Source of the DNA: Pseudodesulfovibrio mercurii
GTDB lineage: Bacteria; Desulfobacterota; Desulfovibrionia; Desulfovibrionales; Desulfovibrionaceae
Assembly: GCF_000189295.2 (NCBI RefSeq)
Contig: NC_016803.1
Coordinates: forward strand, 1,680,001-1,712,000
DNA: 32,000 nt
Direction: 5' to 3'
A program made the translations under genes and the position numbers. Below the pieces are notes generated by a model. The model had not been told where the DNA came from. It made no database searches and saw only the letters and a list, made by a program, of their open reading frames with translations. Shown in pieces: positions 1-9,123 of the stretch. How positions within the stretch are numbered: position 1 is the stretch's first letter; each line of letters begins with the position of its first letter.

Positions 1-1017
1 CTGGTTTCCGGCATCGAGCCGTCGAGTTACCTGGAACAGCTGCTCTGGCTGCTGGTCAGCTGCGCGCTGCTGGCACTCGGGGTGTTCCTGGTGGTCAAGG
101 CGAACCTGACCTACATCCCGGGCGACGGCCTGATCGTGGTCATCGCCGATACCTTCAAGAAGGATTTCGGCAAAACGAAGATGTGCTTCGACAGCTCAAT
201 GGTCGTCATCGGCCTGTCGAGCTCCCTGCTCCTCTCGGGCAGAGTGGCCGGGATACGTGAGGGAACCATCATCGCGGCCCTGCTGGTCGGTTATCTCATA
301 CAGCTCTTGAACAGGCTTCTGCGGGCGGCGGCCGCCCGGATCGAAGCCCGCGGCCGGACCGAGTCCCCGGCCGAGGCCCCGGCGGGCGTCTACGGGACCT
401 TCCCGGTCATCACCATCTCCCGTGAATACGGGAGCGGCGGCCACGAGATCGGACAACAGATCGCCAAGAAACTGGGCTTCACCTTTTACGACAGGGAATT
501 GATCGACCTGACCGCCCAACAGAGCGGCTTCACCGAGGACTACATCAAGGACCGGGAGCAGAAGATCAGCAACTCCCTGCTCCACGAACTCTACGCCCAG
601 AACTACGCCTACGTGCAGGACAAGCTGCCGCCCACGGACCTGCTCTTCCTTATCCAGAGCAAGATCATCCGGGACGTCAGCGCCAAGCAGCCGTGCGTCA
701 TCGTCGGACGGTGCGCCAACTTCGTCCTCAAGGACAACCCCAGTTGCTTCAACATCTTCATCCACGCGAACGAGGCGTACCGCAAACGGAAGATCGTCGA
801 CGACTACAAGGCCCCCGCCTCCTATTCCTCCAAGGACCTGGAACAGATGGACCATGAACGGGCCAATTACTGCCTGAAATATACCGGCGGGAACTGGCGC
901 GACGTGACCGGCTATCACCTGACCCTGGACAGCTCGCTGTACACCACGGAACAGCTCGCGAAAAAGATCATCGAACTGTTCCGCACGGCCCAACCGCGTC
1001 TGCGGGCGGCGGCCTAG
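1..1017 (+). CDS. Fusion protein, 5'-truncated by the window edge: YczE/YitT-like polytopic membrane domain + cytidylate-kinase-like (Cytidylate_kin2) P-loop domain
   Basis: Frame 1 is open from nt 1 (LVSGIEPSSYLEQLLWLLVSCALLALG...), so the listed GTG at 82 is probably internal. The N-part is hydrophobic. It is followed by FPVITISREYGSGGHEIGQQIAKKLGFTFYDRELI, the N-terminal signature of the cytidylate-kinase-like family. Stop at 1015-1017. Confidence 0.7.
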   Translation: MVSGIEPSSYLEQLLWLLVSCALLALGVFLVVKANLTYIPGDGLIVVIADTFKKDFGKTKMCFDSSMVVIGLSSSLLLSGRVAGIREGTIIAALLVGYLIQLLNRLLRAAAARIEARGRTESPAEAPAGVYGTFPVITISREYGSGGHEIGQQIAKKLGFTFYDRELIDLTAQQSGFTEDYIKDREQKISNSLLHELYAQNYAYVQDKLPPTDLLFLIQSKIIRDVSAKQPCVIVGRCANFVLKDNPSCFNIFIHANEAYRKRKIVDDYKAPASYSSKDLEQMDHERANYCLKYTGGNWRDVTGYHLTLDSSLYTTEQLAKKIIELFRTAQPRLRAAA

Positions 1018-1133
1018 CCTCAGCCCTCCCCGTCGCGGGACATCGCCGGAGCGGTCGTTTCAGCCACGGCGAGTCGGCGCGCCGCGTCAACCGGGGCGGG
1101 AAATCGTCACGAAGGAAAACGGGGAGGGAGCGG

Positions 1134-2159
1134 TCAGCGGGTCCGGAGGATCATCAGGCCGACGAGCACGGCCAGGAGCGCGGTCCAGGCCAGGGCCGCC
1201 CGCAGGGTGGCCTTTTTGGCGCGTTCCTTGTCCCACCAGGACAGGGGGCGGATGCCCTGGGCCAGGAAGGTGCCGACCCCGGCCAGGTTGAGGCAGATGA
1301 TGTTCACGGCGAAGAGCAGGCCCGCCCCGCCCGCCTGGGCCAGGAAGCCCGCGCCCAGGAACAGGCCGCAGGCGATGAGCGGCGGGAGCAGGGACAGGGC
1401 GACCATGACCCCGACCAGGGAGGTGGGCACGCCCAGGGTGACGGTGATGATCCCGGCCGCGCCCGAGACCATGGCCAGGACGATGTCGGAATAGGCGGTC
1501 ACGCTACGGATGGCCAGTTCGTGGTTCGCCTCGGGCACGCCGAGGAGCAGCCCGGCCCCCACGGACAGGGCGAAGCACAGCCCCACGCCCACGGCCAGGG
1601 TCTTGAAGGCCTCGCGGGTCAGGCGGGCGTCGCCCAGGGTGGTGGCCAGGGCCAGGCCCACGTTGGGTCCGAGCAGCGGGGCCAGGACCATGGCTCCGAT
1701 GATGATGGCCACGTTGTCGCGCAGCAGCCCGATGATGCCGACCAGGGAGGCGAAGAGCACGAGCATGACGTAGTTCTTGGAGAGCAGGCTCGTGTCCAGG
1801 ACGTCGTCGTACAGTTCCTCGCGGCTGATGGACCCGCTGCCGCCCTTGTTCTCCTCGGGGAAGACGGCGTGCGCCTTCTCCTCTTCCTTGGCCAGCTTGT
1901 CCAGGCGCGGCAGGGTGGCCTCGGCGGGATAGACCACGATGCGGTACTTGGAGGTCCAGGCGAAGAGTTCCTCCAGCTCGTCCAGGACGTTGCCGGTCTC
2001 GGCCACGTCCAGGACCACGCGGAAGGACAGGAACTCGCCGTCGTCGAGCGGCGTGGCCCAGAACACGTAGCCCGCGTCGGGCTGGTGCTCCTCCAGTGAT
2101 TTCCTGACCTCGTCCTTGTCCGAACGGGGCGTGACGATTTCGATGACGCGCAATGCCAT
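1134..2159 (-). CDS. DUF389 / TIGR00341-family integral membrane protein (soluble N-domain + about 6 TM helices)
   Basis: I place the start at ATG 2159 (MALRVIEIVTPRS...) with GAGG about 9 nt upstream; the ORF-track extension to 2201 has no SD. The Gly/Ala/Leu-rich TM block (LRDNVAIIIGAMVLAPLLGPNVGLA...) is typical of DUF389. Confidence 0.75.
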   Translation of the reverse strand: MALRVIEIVTPRSDKDEVRKSLEEHQPDAGYVFWATPLDDGEFLSFRVVLDVAETGNVLDELEELFAWTSKYRIVVYPAEATLPRLDKLAKEEEKAHAVFPEENKGGSGSISREELYDDVLDTSLLSKNYVMLVLFASLVGIIGLLRDNVAIIIGAMVLAPLLGPNVGLALATTLGDARLTREAFKTLAVGVGLCFALSVGAGLLLGVPEANHELAIRSVTAYSDIVLAMVSGAAGIITVTLGVPTSLVGVMVALSLLPPLIACGLFLGAGFLAQAGGAGLLFAVNIICLNLAGVGTFLAQGIRPLSWWDKERAKKATLRAALAWTALLAVLVGLMILRTR

Positions 2160-2340
2160 GGTGTCCGACCTCGCAGGGTTCCTGTACCACAGGCATACCA
2201 CGGTCGGGCCGGGGAGTACATGCGCAAGCCCCCTCCCCTCGTCTCCTCACCCCACTCCACGCAAGACAGCCCGCCCCCCCCCGCGCCCGCACCCCGCGAA
2301 GCGGCCACAAAAAGTTTAGGAAGGGAGAGTGGATGGGGGT

Positions 2341-2401
2341 CCGGGGGAAGGGGAGAGGGAAAGCCCTTTTCTCAAAGGGTTTCCCTCTCCCCTTCCCCCG
2401 G
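2341..2401 (-). terminator. Very long GC/purine-rich hairpin (about 28 bp stem, one bulge, 4-nt loop) 25 nt downstream of the MCP stop; probable intrinsic terminator or insulator without a U-tract
   Basis: CCGGGGGAAGGGGAGAGGGAAAgCCCTTT tctc AAAGGGTTTCCCTCTCCCCTTCCCCCGG, paired by hand. It lies between the MCP 3' end (2426) and the start of the DUF389 gene (2159). Confidence 0.5.
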
Positions 2402-2425
2402 CCGCAGGAGGCCGCGCCCCCGCCG

Positions 2426-4936
2426 CTAGGCGGAGGCGAGTTCGCCGATGAGGGCGTCGAGTTCGCGGGCCACGGCGTTCAGTTCCCGGCAGGCCTGGGC
2501 GGACTGGCTCATGGCCTGGCTGGTGTTCTCGGAGATGCGGTGCATCTCCTCAGTGGCCCGAGTGATCTGTTCCGAGGTGGCGGACTGCTCCTCGGCCGCG
2601 GCGGCGATGCCCTGGACCTGGCGCACGGAGTCGCGCGAGAAATCCACGATCTCGGTCAGGGACTCGCCCGCCTCTTCGGCCAGGGAGGTGCAGGTCTCGA
2701 CCACGTGGGCGACCTTGTCGGTCTCGTTGACGTTGCGCTGGGCCATGGACTGGATGGCCCCGATGGCGCTGCCCACCTCGGTGGTGGCGACCATGGTCTT
2801 TTCGGCCAGCTTGCGGACCTCGTCCGCGACCACAGCGAAGCCGCGCCCGGCGTCGCCCGCGCGGGCGGCCTCGATGGCCGCGTTCAGGGCCAGCAGGTTG
2901 GTCTGGTCGGCGATGTCGTTGATGACGGTCATGACCCGGCCGATGTCGTCGGCCTGGCGGCCGAGTTCGCTCATGTTGTCCCGGAGCAGGGAGGCCAGTT
3001 CCTGGACCTCGTTGACCGAGCCGACCACCTTAACGACCACGTCGCGCCCGGCCTGGGCCTGGCCCTCGGCCTGCTCCGCGTTGCGCGCCGCCTCGTTGGC
3101 ATTGCGGGCCACTTCGAGCACGGTGGCGTTCATCTCCTCCATGGCCGTGGCCGTCTCGGTGGCGCGGGCGCTCTGCTCCTCTGCCCCGTCGCGGGACTCC
3201 TCCACGCGCTCGGAGAGCTGTTGCGACGCACCGGCCACGCGCTCGGAGAGCCTGCCGGCCCGGTCGGCCACATCCAGCATCTTGCGCTGGGAGTCGAGGA
3301 TGTCCGTCTGGTCCACGATGACTTCGAGGGCCCCGACCACCCTGCGTTCCGCGTCGTACAGGGGGCTGGCGTACCCCTTGATGTCCACCTCGCCCGCCTC
3401 GAGTTTGCCCCGGGTGGAACCCACGACGCGGTCCATGGAGCGCATGGCCTGGGTGCAGACGCAACTGTCGGTCTGGCAGATGTCGGTGTTGAAGACGCTG
3501 CTGCACGGCGTGCCCAGCAGTTCGGCGCCGTCGCGACCGGCGATCTCCTCGGCGTTCCTGTTGACGAAGAGCAGGTTGTGGTCGCGGTCCACGGTGAAGA
3601 TCGGGAAGGGGAAGGAGTCGAAGGTGGCGGTGTAGGTGTCGGCCACCCGGTTCATACTGTGGATGAGCTGGGCGTAGGCCCCCTCGTACCGGCCCGCGTC
3701 GCCGCGCGCCCGGACCACGCCCCGTGCGACCTCGCGGGCCGTGGCCTCGCAGTCGTCGATGAGCGCAGAGAGATTGACCGGGATGGAGCTGACCGAGCGG
3801 TGGATGGCCCCGATCTCGTCGCGGCCGGTCACGGGCTCGCCCTGGGTCAGGTTGCCGCGCGAGACCTGTTCGGCCAGGGCGCGGATGCGCTCCAGAGGCC
3901 GGAACACGGCGTAGCGCATGACCCCGAGCAGGGTCAGCAGGGGCACGAGCACGGCCAGCCCGAAGAGAATCAGGACCAGGGCCACCGCGCCGTCGATGAT
4001 CGCATTCTGGATCGAGATGTCGCGGGCCAGGGTGATCACGCCGATGGGTTTGCCCTGGTAGTCCTTCACCGGCAGGTAGGCCACGGCGTAGTTCCCGTCC
4101 ACGGTCACGTACCGGCCGTCAACGGCCTTGCGCAGCCGGTCCGCCGTGACGAGGCTGTCCAGTTCGGCGTTCTCCTTGCCCGCCACGCGGACAAAGGCCT
4201 TGCCGACCAGGGGATATTTCGCGGGGTCCTGGAGGTTGGTGGTGGTCGGGAGCAGGGAGGCGTCCATATACAATGTATAGAAGCTGCCCTCGTCGTCCCG
4301 GAAGAGCTTGAAGACGTCGCCGTAGCTCTTGAGTACCTCCACCGAGCCGAGCTGGCGGCCCTCCGCGTCCTTGACCGCGACCACGCCCCGGATGGCGAAG
4401 CCGCCGCGTCCGGGCTCAATGCCTCGGCGCGGCTTGCCGTCGCGGTTCACGTCCAGGACGGTCTTGCGGAAGCTGGAAATGTCGTCGGACACGTCCACCC
4501 ACTTGCCGTTGCGCTTGGCCTGCTTGTCGAGCCACATGCGCGCCAGGCTGCGCCCGTTGGGCAGATGGAAGTGGAGACGGAGCTTTTCGCCCATGGCCTC
4601 CCGGTACCCGGCCAGGACGGGCGCGAGTTCGGCGCGCAGGGCCTCGCGGGCATTCTGCACCACGGGATCGCTCTCATTGCCGAGATCGCCCTGGTGGGCC
4701 AGGGAAAAGGCCCGGATGACGCCGGGCATGCGGCTGAACAGAGAGGCCTCCTCCTCGGCCCGGACAGCGGCCTCCTCGGTGTTCTGCTCCAGGGTCCTGG
4801 CCGCGTTGCCCACCAGCATCCCGGCAAAGGAGGCCCGCAGTTCGCCGAACCGGCCGGTCAGCAGGAAGAACCCGATAACGCCGATCAGCAGAACCAGCGG
4901 GATGGTCGGCAACAGGACTTTGTACTTGATGCTCAT
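2426..4936 (-). CDS. Methyl-accepting chemotaxis protein: TM1, periplasmic Cache-like domain, TM2, HAMP, Cys-rich PAS, MCP signalling domain
   Basis: 836 aa. N-terminal TM ([19 protein letters not shown]) and second TM ([23 protein letters not shown]). HAMP-like segment, then the highly conserved MCP hairpin [42 protein letters not shown] before ATG 4936. Confidence 0.92.
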   Translation of the reverse strand: MSIKYKVLLPTIPLVLLIGVIGFFLLTGRFGELRASFAGMLVGNAARTLEQNTEEAAVRAEEEASLFSRMPGVIRAFSLAHQGDLGNESDPVVQNAREALRAELAPVLAGYREAMGEKLRLHFHLPNGRSLARMWLDKQAKRNGKWVDVSDDISSFRKTVLDVNRDGKPRRGIEPGRGGFAIRGVVAVKDAEGRQLGSVEVLKSYGDVFKLFRDDEGSFYTLYMDASLLPTTTNLQDPAKYPLVGKAFVRVAGKENAELDSLVTADRLRKAVDGRYVTVDGNYAVAYLPVKDYQGKPIGVITLARDISIQNAIIDGAVALVLILFGLAVLVPLLTLLGVMRYAVFRPLERIRALAEQVSRGNLTQGEPVTGRDEIGAIHRSVSSIPVNLSALIDDCEATAREVARGVVRARGDAGRYEGAYAQLIHSMNRVADTYTATFDSFPFPIFTVDRDHNLLFVNRNAEEIAGRDGAELLGTPCSSVFNTDICQTDSCVCTQAMRSMDRVVGSTRGKLEAGEVDIKGYASPLYDAERRVVGALEVIVDQTDILDSQRKMLDVADRAGRLSERVAGASQQLSERVEESRDGAEEQSARATETATAMEEMNATVLEVARNANEAARNAEQAEGQAQAGRDVVVKVVGSVNEVQELASLLRDNMSELGRQADDIGRVMTVINDIADQTNLLALNAAIEAARAGDAGRGFAVVADEVRKLAEKTMVATTEVGSAIGAIQSMAQRNVNETDKVAHVVETCTSLAEEAGESLTEIVDFSRDSVRQVQGIAAAAEEQSATSEQITRATEEMHRISENTSQAMSQSAQACRELNAVARELDALIGELASA

Positions 4937-5319
4937 CGTCTATGCTCTCCGGATGATGGGACGGCTCTCTGGCGCGGCCGCCGACTCTTGATGAATGGGT
5001 ACCTGGGCGCAGGCACGGGCCATGACGCTCCACCCTAACACAAATTTATCCGCTGACAACCGCGGAGGCCGCATCATAGTAAGCATGTTCCTAATTTCAC
5101 ATTATTTTCGCCAATATCCCCGAACCGGGCCCGTGGAGCCGCCGCGCTTGTGAAAAATCGACATAAGCCCTGTCCCCGTGAGCGGGGACGCTCCCCCGGC
5201 GGGCCTCGGACGTGAAAAGGCTTGCCCTGCGGGACGATGTATGCCAAAAGGCCCGTTCCGCGAGCAGAACGGACCGACCGAACGGGCACGTCCCGGCCGA
5301 CACGGACTCCGCGCCCCGC

Positions 5320-5397
5320 GTCCCCATCGTCTAGCCTGGTCCAGGACGACGGCCTTTCACGCCGTTAACAGGGGTTCAAATCCCCTTGGGGACGCCA
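5320..5397 (+). tRNA. tRNA-Glu (anticodon UUC), CCA encoded
   Basis: Cloverleaf folded by hand. Acceptor GTCCCCA/TGGGGAC. Anticodon stem ACGGC/GCCGT with loop CTTTCAC. T-arm AGGGG-TTCAAAT-CCCCT. Discriminator G followed by CCA. Confidence 0.95.
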
Positions 5398-5406
5398 AGG
5401 AAACAC

Positions 5407-5443
5407 AAGGCCTTACGCAGATTGCGTAAGGCCTTTTCCTTTT
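5407..5443 (+). terminator. Rho-independent terminator of the tRNA-Glu transcript
   Basis: Perfect 13-bp stem AAGGCCTTACGCA / TGCGTAAGGCCTT, 3-nt loop, followed by TTTTCCTTTT. Confidence 0.8.
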
Positions 5444-5562
5444 CACGCGGCACCCGCGAGCGTCATTGCTCCTGGATCAGTTCCCGACCGCATCGGCCAG
5501 GGCCGCATCCGGGGCTTCCCGGCGGCAGGGAGGACACGCCTTGCGGCCCCGCTTCCGCGCAC

Positions 5563-6090
5563 TCAGAGCGAATACTGGTATTTGACCGTGATGGCGATGG
5601 TCCAGGACTGTCCCTGGAGGATGGCGGGACGCTTGACGTTGCCGCTGGCGGCTTGGATGGCCTTTCGGGCGGCGGCGTCGAGCCTGGGGTTGCCCGAGGA
5701 GTGGAGCATGACGATGCCGGAGAAGGTGTCGTCCGGGAGGATGCGGAACCGGTAGCGGGCATTGCCGATCAGGTCGTCCAGGTCGCTGCCCGGCGGACGC
5801 CTGTTGTGCTCAACGGCGCTGTGCACCTGGGCCAGGAATCGTTTCAGGGCCTGCTGCCGAAGGCGTCTGGCCGCGTCCTCATGGTCGGTCTTTTCCTGGT
5901 CGCCGGAGACCCCCTGCTCCAGGGAGAGGCCGATGGTCCCCGGCGTGGACACCGAGAGATCGAAGTTCGTCGGGACGACGATGGTCTCGCCGGAAGGGAC
6001 CGGGGTCCGATGCCAGTGCTGTTCCAGCAACAGCCAGTGCAGGAACAGGGAGATGACCAGGCAGGTCCAGATCGTCTGCCGGGAGGTCAC
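5563..6090 (-). CDS. tonB: Short TonB-family energy transducer (N-terminal TM anchor + TonB_C-like domain, no Pro-rich spacer)
   Basis: 175 aa. TM helix IWTCLVISLFLHWLLL carries the S-x3-H TonB signature. The C-terminal beta-rich domain ends ...WTIAITVKYQYSL. Its start overlaps the exbD stop by 4 nt (ATGA, 6087-6090). Confidence 0.6.
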   Translation of the reverse strand: MTSRQTIWTCLVISLFLHWLLLEQHWHRTPVPSGETIVVPTNFDLSVSTPGTIGLSLEQGVSGDQEKTDHEDAARRLRQQALKRFLAQVHSAVEHNRRPPGSDLDDLIGNARYRFRILPDDTFSGIVMLHSSGNPRLDAAARKAIQAASGNVKRPAILQGQSWTIAITVKYQYSL

Positions 6091-6521
6091 TGATCCGTGC
6101 CGCCTGTTTCGCTCTGACGGGTGTTGGTCGCGATGATCAGGTTGTTGAACCCGGTCTTGCGCACCATGTCGATGATCCGCACGAACCGCTCGACCCGCGC
6201 CCGGGGCGCGGATTTGAGCAGGATGTGGTCCGGTTGCAGGGAAACGGGCCGCTCAAAGGTGTTTTGCAGCAGGTGGGTCAGATCGTTCAGGGTGATCTGC
6301 GCGGTATCGCAGAGGATGTCGCCGTTTTCCCTGAGTTCGATTTCCATGGACCTGCCGGTCACGGCCCGGGCCGTCTCGGCATAGGGCAGTTCGATGTCCA
6401 CCCCCTTGGCCGTGAAGACCGCGGAGACCACGAAGAAGATGAGCAGGATGAACACCACGTCCAGCAGCGGGGTGATGTCCGGCGAGGCGGGCCTGGGGGC
6501 GTTGTGTTTGAAGTCGATCAT
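6087..6521 (-). CDS. exbD: Biopolymer transport protein ExbD/TolR
   Basis: 144 aa. DITPLLDVVFILLIFFVVS single TM with the conserved Asp, typical of ExbD/TolR. 4-nt overlap with exbB (6518-6521). Confidence 0.88.
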   Translation of the reverse strand: MIDFKHNAPRPASPDITPLLDVVFILLIFFVVSAVFTAKGVDIELPYAETARAVTGRSMEIELRENGDILCDTAQITLNDLTHLLQNTFERPVSLQPDHILLKSAPRARVERFVRIIDMVRKTGFNNLIIATNTRQSETGGTDQ

Positions 6522-7108
6522 GGCTCCGCATCCGGAACGGGGATCAGGCGCGCCGCGTGCTGCATGGCATGGGCGATCTTATCGTATTCACGACAGAACC
6601 AGCGATGGGCCAGCACGGCCGGGATGGCGATGCACAGCCCGGCGGCCGTGGTCAGCAGGGCCTGCCAGATGCCCCCCGCCAGCACGGTGATATCCACGTC
6701 CGCCGACGACGCCAGCCGGGAAAAGGCGTTGATCATGCCCAGCACCGTGCCCAGCAGTCCCATGAGCGGGGCCGTGGCCGCGGCCGTGGACAGAAAGTCG
6801 AGCCGGGCATTGAACCCGAACAGGACCTCGTCACCGGCGGCCTGGATGGCCGCCTCGCGGTGCGCCCTGTCCGGGGAGAAACAGGCCGCGAAAAAGGGGG
6901 CAAAGGTCGGGGCCGTTTCCTCCACGCCGTCCATGGCGGCCGCCCTGCCCTGCGTGCGGAAGGTTTCGAGCAGGGTGTCCAGCGCCTGGCCGGAGGGGAA
7001 ACGGCGGGTGGTGAAGACCACGAGGCGTTCCAGGATCACGGCCAGGGCCGCCACGGACAGGATGAGCAGCGGCCACATCATGAAGCCGCCCAGTTGCAGA
7101 AGACTCAT
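6518..7108 (-). CDS. exbB: MotA/TolQ/ExbB proton-channel protein
   Basis: 196 aa, three TM segments. Conserved C-terminal block APLMGLLGTVLGMINAF...GGIWQALLTTAAGLCIAIPA. Its ATG overlaps the TGA of the upstream GTPase gene (ATGA at 7105-7108). Confidence 0.9.
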   Translation of the reverse strand: MSLLQLGGFMMWPLLILSVAALAVILERLVVFTTRRFPSGQALDTLLETFRTQGRAAAMDGVEETAPTFAPFFAACFSPDRAHREAAIQAAGDEVLFGFNARLDFLSTAAATAPLMGLLGTVLGMINAFSRLASSADVDITVLAGGIWQALLTTAAGLCIAIPAVLAHRWFCREYDKIAHAMQHAARLIPVPDAEP

Positions 7109-8931
7109 GCGTCCGCTCCTTGCAGTCCTTCCAATTGGGGAAGGTTGACGAGGTTCTTGCCGATGGCCACCAGGAATCCCTCCTGGTCGAAGTCGTCGCC
7201 CAGGGAGGAGAGCTCGTGGCGGCCGCAGACATACTGGACCACCACGGGCTGCGGAGAGTCCGCGAGGTGGACTATCCCCTTGAGCCGAAACACGGATTCC
7301 GGCAGGCCGTCCAGGGCCTGCAGAAGCCGGCCCCGGTCAAGGGCGGCCGGATAGAGAAACCGCTGCGAGGTGAAGCCCTCGTGGGTGTGGTCGTGGCGGT
7401 GCGCGTGGGGCCTGGCGGGCAGGAGCTCCGGGCGCTGCTCGAACGGGTCCGTGTCGTAGAGGCGGCCGGGGTTGACGGCCCCGAATTCCGTTTCCACCAC
7501 CACGGCGCGGTGATTCAGTTGGCGAAGGGTCGTGCGCAGGGCCGCCAGTTCCTCCTTGTCCGCCAGGTCGCATTTGTTCAGCAGGATGATGTCCGCCGCC
7601 GCGACCTGGTCGCGGGCGATCTCGTTGTCGGCGAGCAGTTTCGGGGCGTTGGCCGCGTCCACCAGGGTGGTGATCGAGTCCAGGCGCACCAGGGGACGCA
7701 GCGTCTCCAGCTCGTTGAGAATATTGAATGGATTGGCCAGCCCGGTGGCCTCAAGCACGATGACCTTGGGGGAGAACCGGGCCTTGAGCTGTTCGATGCC
7801 CTTGGAGAGGTTGCCCGCCAGGGTGCAGCAGACGCACCCCTCGTCCAGCTCCACGATGGAATCGTCGCCTTCCAGCAGCCTGCCGTCCACGCCCGTCCGG
7901 CCGATCTCGTTCTGGATGATGGCGACCAGTTCATCGCGGGCCGCGTGGTATTCCAGCAGTTGATTGAGGAAGGTGGTTTTCCCGGAACCGAGGAAGCCGC
8001 TGAGCACGATCAGGCCGGGGCGGCTGTCAAAGGCCGGGGCATAGGCCTGGTCGAGGGAGAGGGCCCGCAGGTCGTGGGTCTTCCAGAACAGGGCGTCGTC
8101 CAGCGGGGGCGGCAGCGTGTCCCTGGATGCGGGCCCGGCGGCCGTTTCGCACCGGGCCGGGGCGAACGCGGCCATGGCGGCCGGTGTTTCCGGGTCGCCC
8201 CAGCAGAGCATGTCGGTGATCCGCTCGATGCCGTCGTCAAGGGGCGTCCGCCTGCCCGCGCCGTCGAAGACGATGCCGTGGTCCGCACTGCGGATGCGTC
8301 CGACCCGGCACGGCGGCTCTTCCAGGCTCCGGGTCACGGCCGCGCCCAGCAGCAAAAGAAAATCCAGGCTGATCGCATGGGCCGGGTAGTCCTCCTCGGC
8401 CTCGCCGGGGGAAATGACCCATTGGTTGTCCGGCGTCCGCACGCCGTCCCCGGCGATGCTCAGTTTCCGGTTCAACGCGCTGCATTGCAGGATCAGCCCC
8501 TTTTCCTCCGGGGTGAGCGAGGCCGACAGCCCGCCCATGCGGAAGGGGGCCATCCATTCGCCCATGGCCGTGAAGCGACGGACGGTCTCGAGATAGTCCG
8601 GCTGGACGGCGGCCATGTTCGCGGCCAGGGACATGGACTCCAGCAGCGATTCGTCGGCCGCCGGGAAATAGTACAGTCCGAGACGGGCGTGCTGTCCCTG
8701 ATCGTCCGCCCAGGCGCTTTCCGTGGCCAGCCCGAAGACGCCCGGCCGGGCGTGGATCTTCAACGTCCAGCCCTGGGGCGCCCTGGGGCACACGGCCATG
8801 CCCTTCCAGCCGACCAGCCGTTTGAACTCCCGGTACTGGCAGGCCGCCAGCAGGCAGTTGGTCAGCATTCCGGGCAGGTCGATCCGCCTGTTCGGGCTGT
8901 GTTGATTCGGCAGTACGGCTGTGAGTTGCAT
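7105..8931 (-). CDS. Two-part protein: uncharacterised N-terminal domain of about 300 aa fused to a G3E-family COG0523 (CobW/YjiA/ZigA-like) metallochaperone GTPase
   Basis: 608 aa. The C-half has P-loop GFLGSGKTTFLNQLL, metal motif GCVCCTL, NKCDL (G4), a His-rich linker PHAHRHDHTHEG and a CobW_C-like tail. I recognise no motif in the N-half. GAGG SD before ATG 8931. Confidence 0.85.
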   Translation of the reverse strand: MQLTAVLPNQHSPNRRIDLPGMLTNCLLAACQYREFKRLVGWKGMAVCPRAPQGWTLKIHARPGVFGLATESAWADDQGQHARLGLYYFPAADESLLESMSLAANMAAVQPDYLETVRRFTAMGEWMAPFRMGGLSASLTPEEKGLILQCSALNRKLSIAGDGVRTPDNQWVISPGEAEEDYPAHAISLDFLLLLGAAVTRSLEEPPCRVGRIRSADHGIVFDGAGRRTPLDDGIERITDMLCWGDPETPAAMAAFAPARCETAAGPASRDTLPPPLDDALFWKTHDLRALSLDQAYAPAFDSRPGLIVLSGFLGSGKTTFLNQLLEYHAARDELVAIIQNEIGRTGVDGRLLEGDDSIVELDEGCVCCTLAGNLSKGIEQLKARFSPKVIVLEATGLANPFNILNELETLRPLVRLDSITTLVDAANAPKLLADNEIARDQVAAADIILLNKCDLADKEELAALRTTLRQLNHRAVVVETEFGAVNPGRLYDTDPFEQRPELLPARPHAHRHDHTHEGFTSQRFLYPAALDRGRLLQALDGLPESVFRLKGIVHLADSPQPVVVQYVCGRHELSSLGDDFDQEGFLVAIGKNLVNLPQLEGLQGADA

Positions 8932-8950
8932 GGCGCGACCTCGTTGGGGC

Positions 8951-8981
8951 GGCCCGGCCCGCCGAGACGGCGGACCGGGCC
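8951..8981 (-). promoter_or_regulatory. GC-rich hairpin in the 5' leader of the COG0523-fusion gene (12 of 13 bp paired, 5-nt loop)
   Basis: GGCCCGGCCCGCC gagac GGCGGACCGGGCC. It lies 20-50 nt upstream of the start codon and has no U-tract, so it is not a classical terminator. Confidence 0.4.
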
Positions 8982-9123
8982 TGATGGGGTGGAGGTTAGA
9001 TACGGGTATTCCCAGGGTGTGGGCGAAGGGCGATCCGCCGCGAGGCCGCGTCGGCCTCGAACGGGTTTCGCGTCCGGCGGATCATTCTTTCGCACATCCT
9101 GTTGTCGCTTTCGTCCGTGCCGG

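Noticed and set aside
2153-5038. 961-aa + strand ORF and other ORFs overlapping the chemoreceptor gene
   Set aside because: It is antisense to a clear MCP whose signalling domain is textbook. It is a low-complexity Gly/Ala/Leu/Arg-rich translation.
8932-9123. Sigma-54 promoter CGGCACG-N-AAAGC just downstream of the MBL stop codon
   Set aside because: The -24 half is good, but the GG-to-GC spacing is 13 rather than 12, and the -12 element lacks TTGC.
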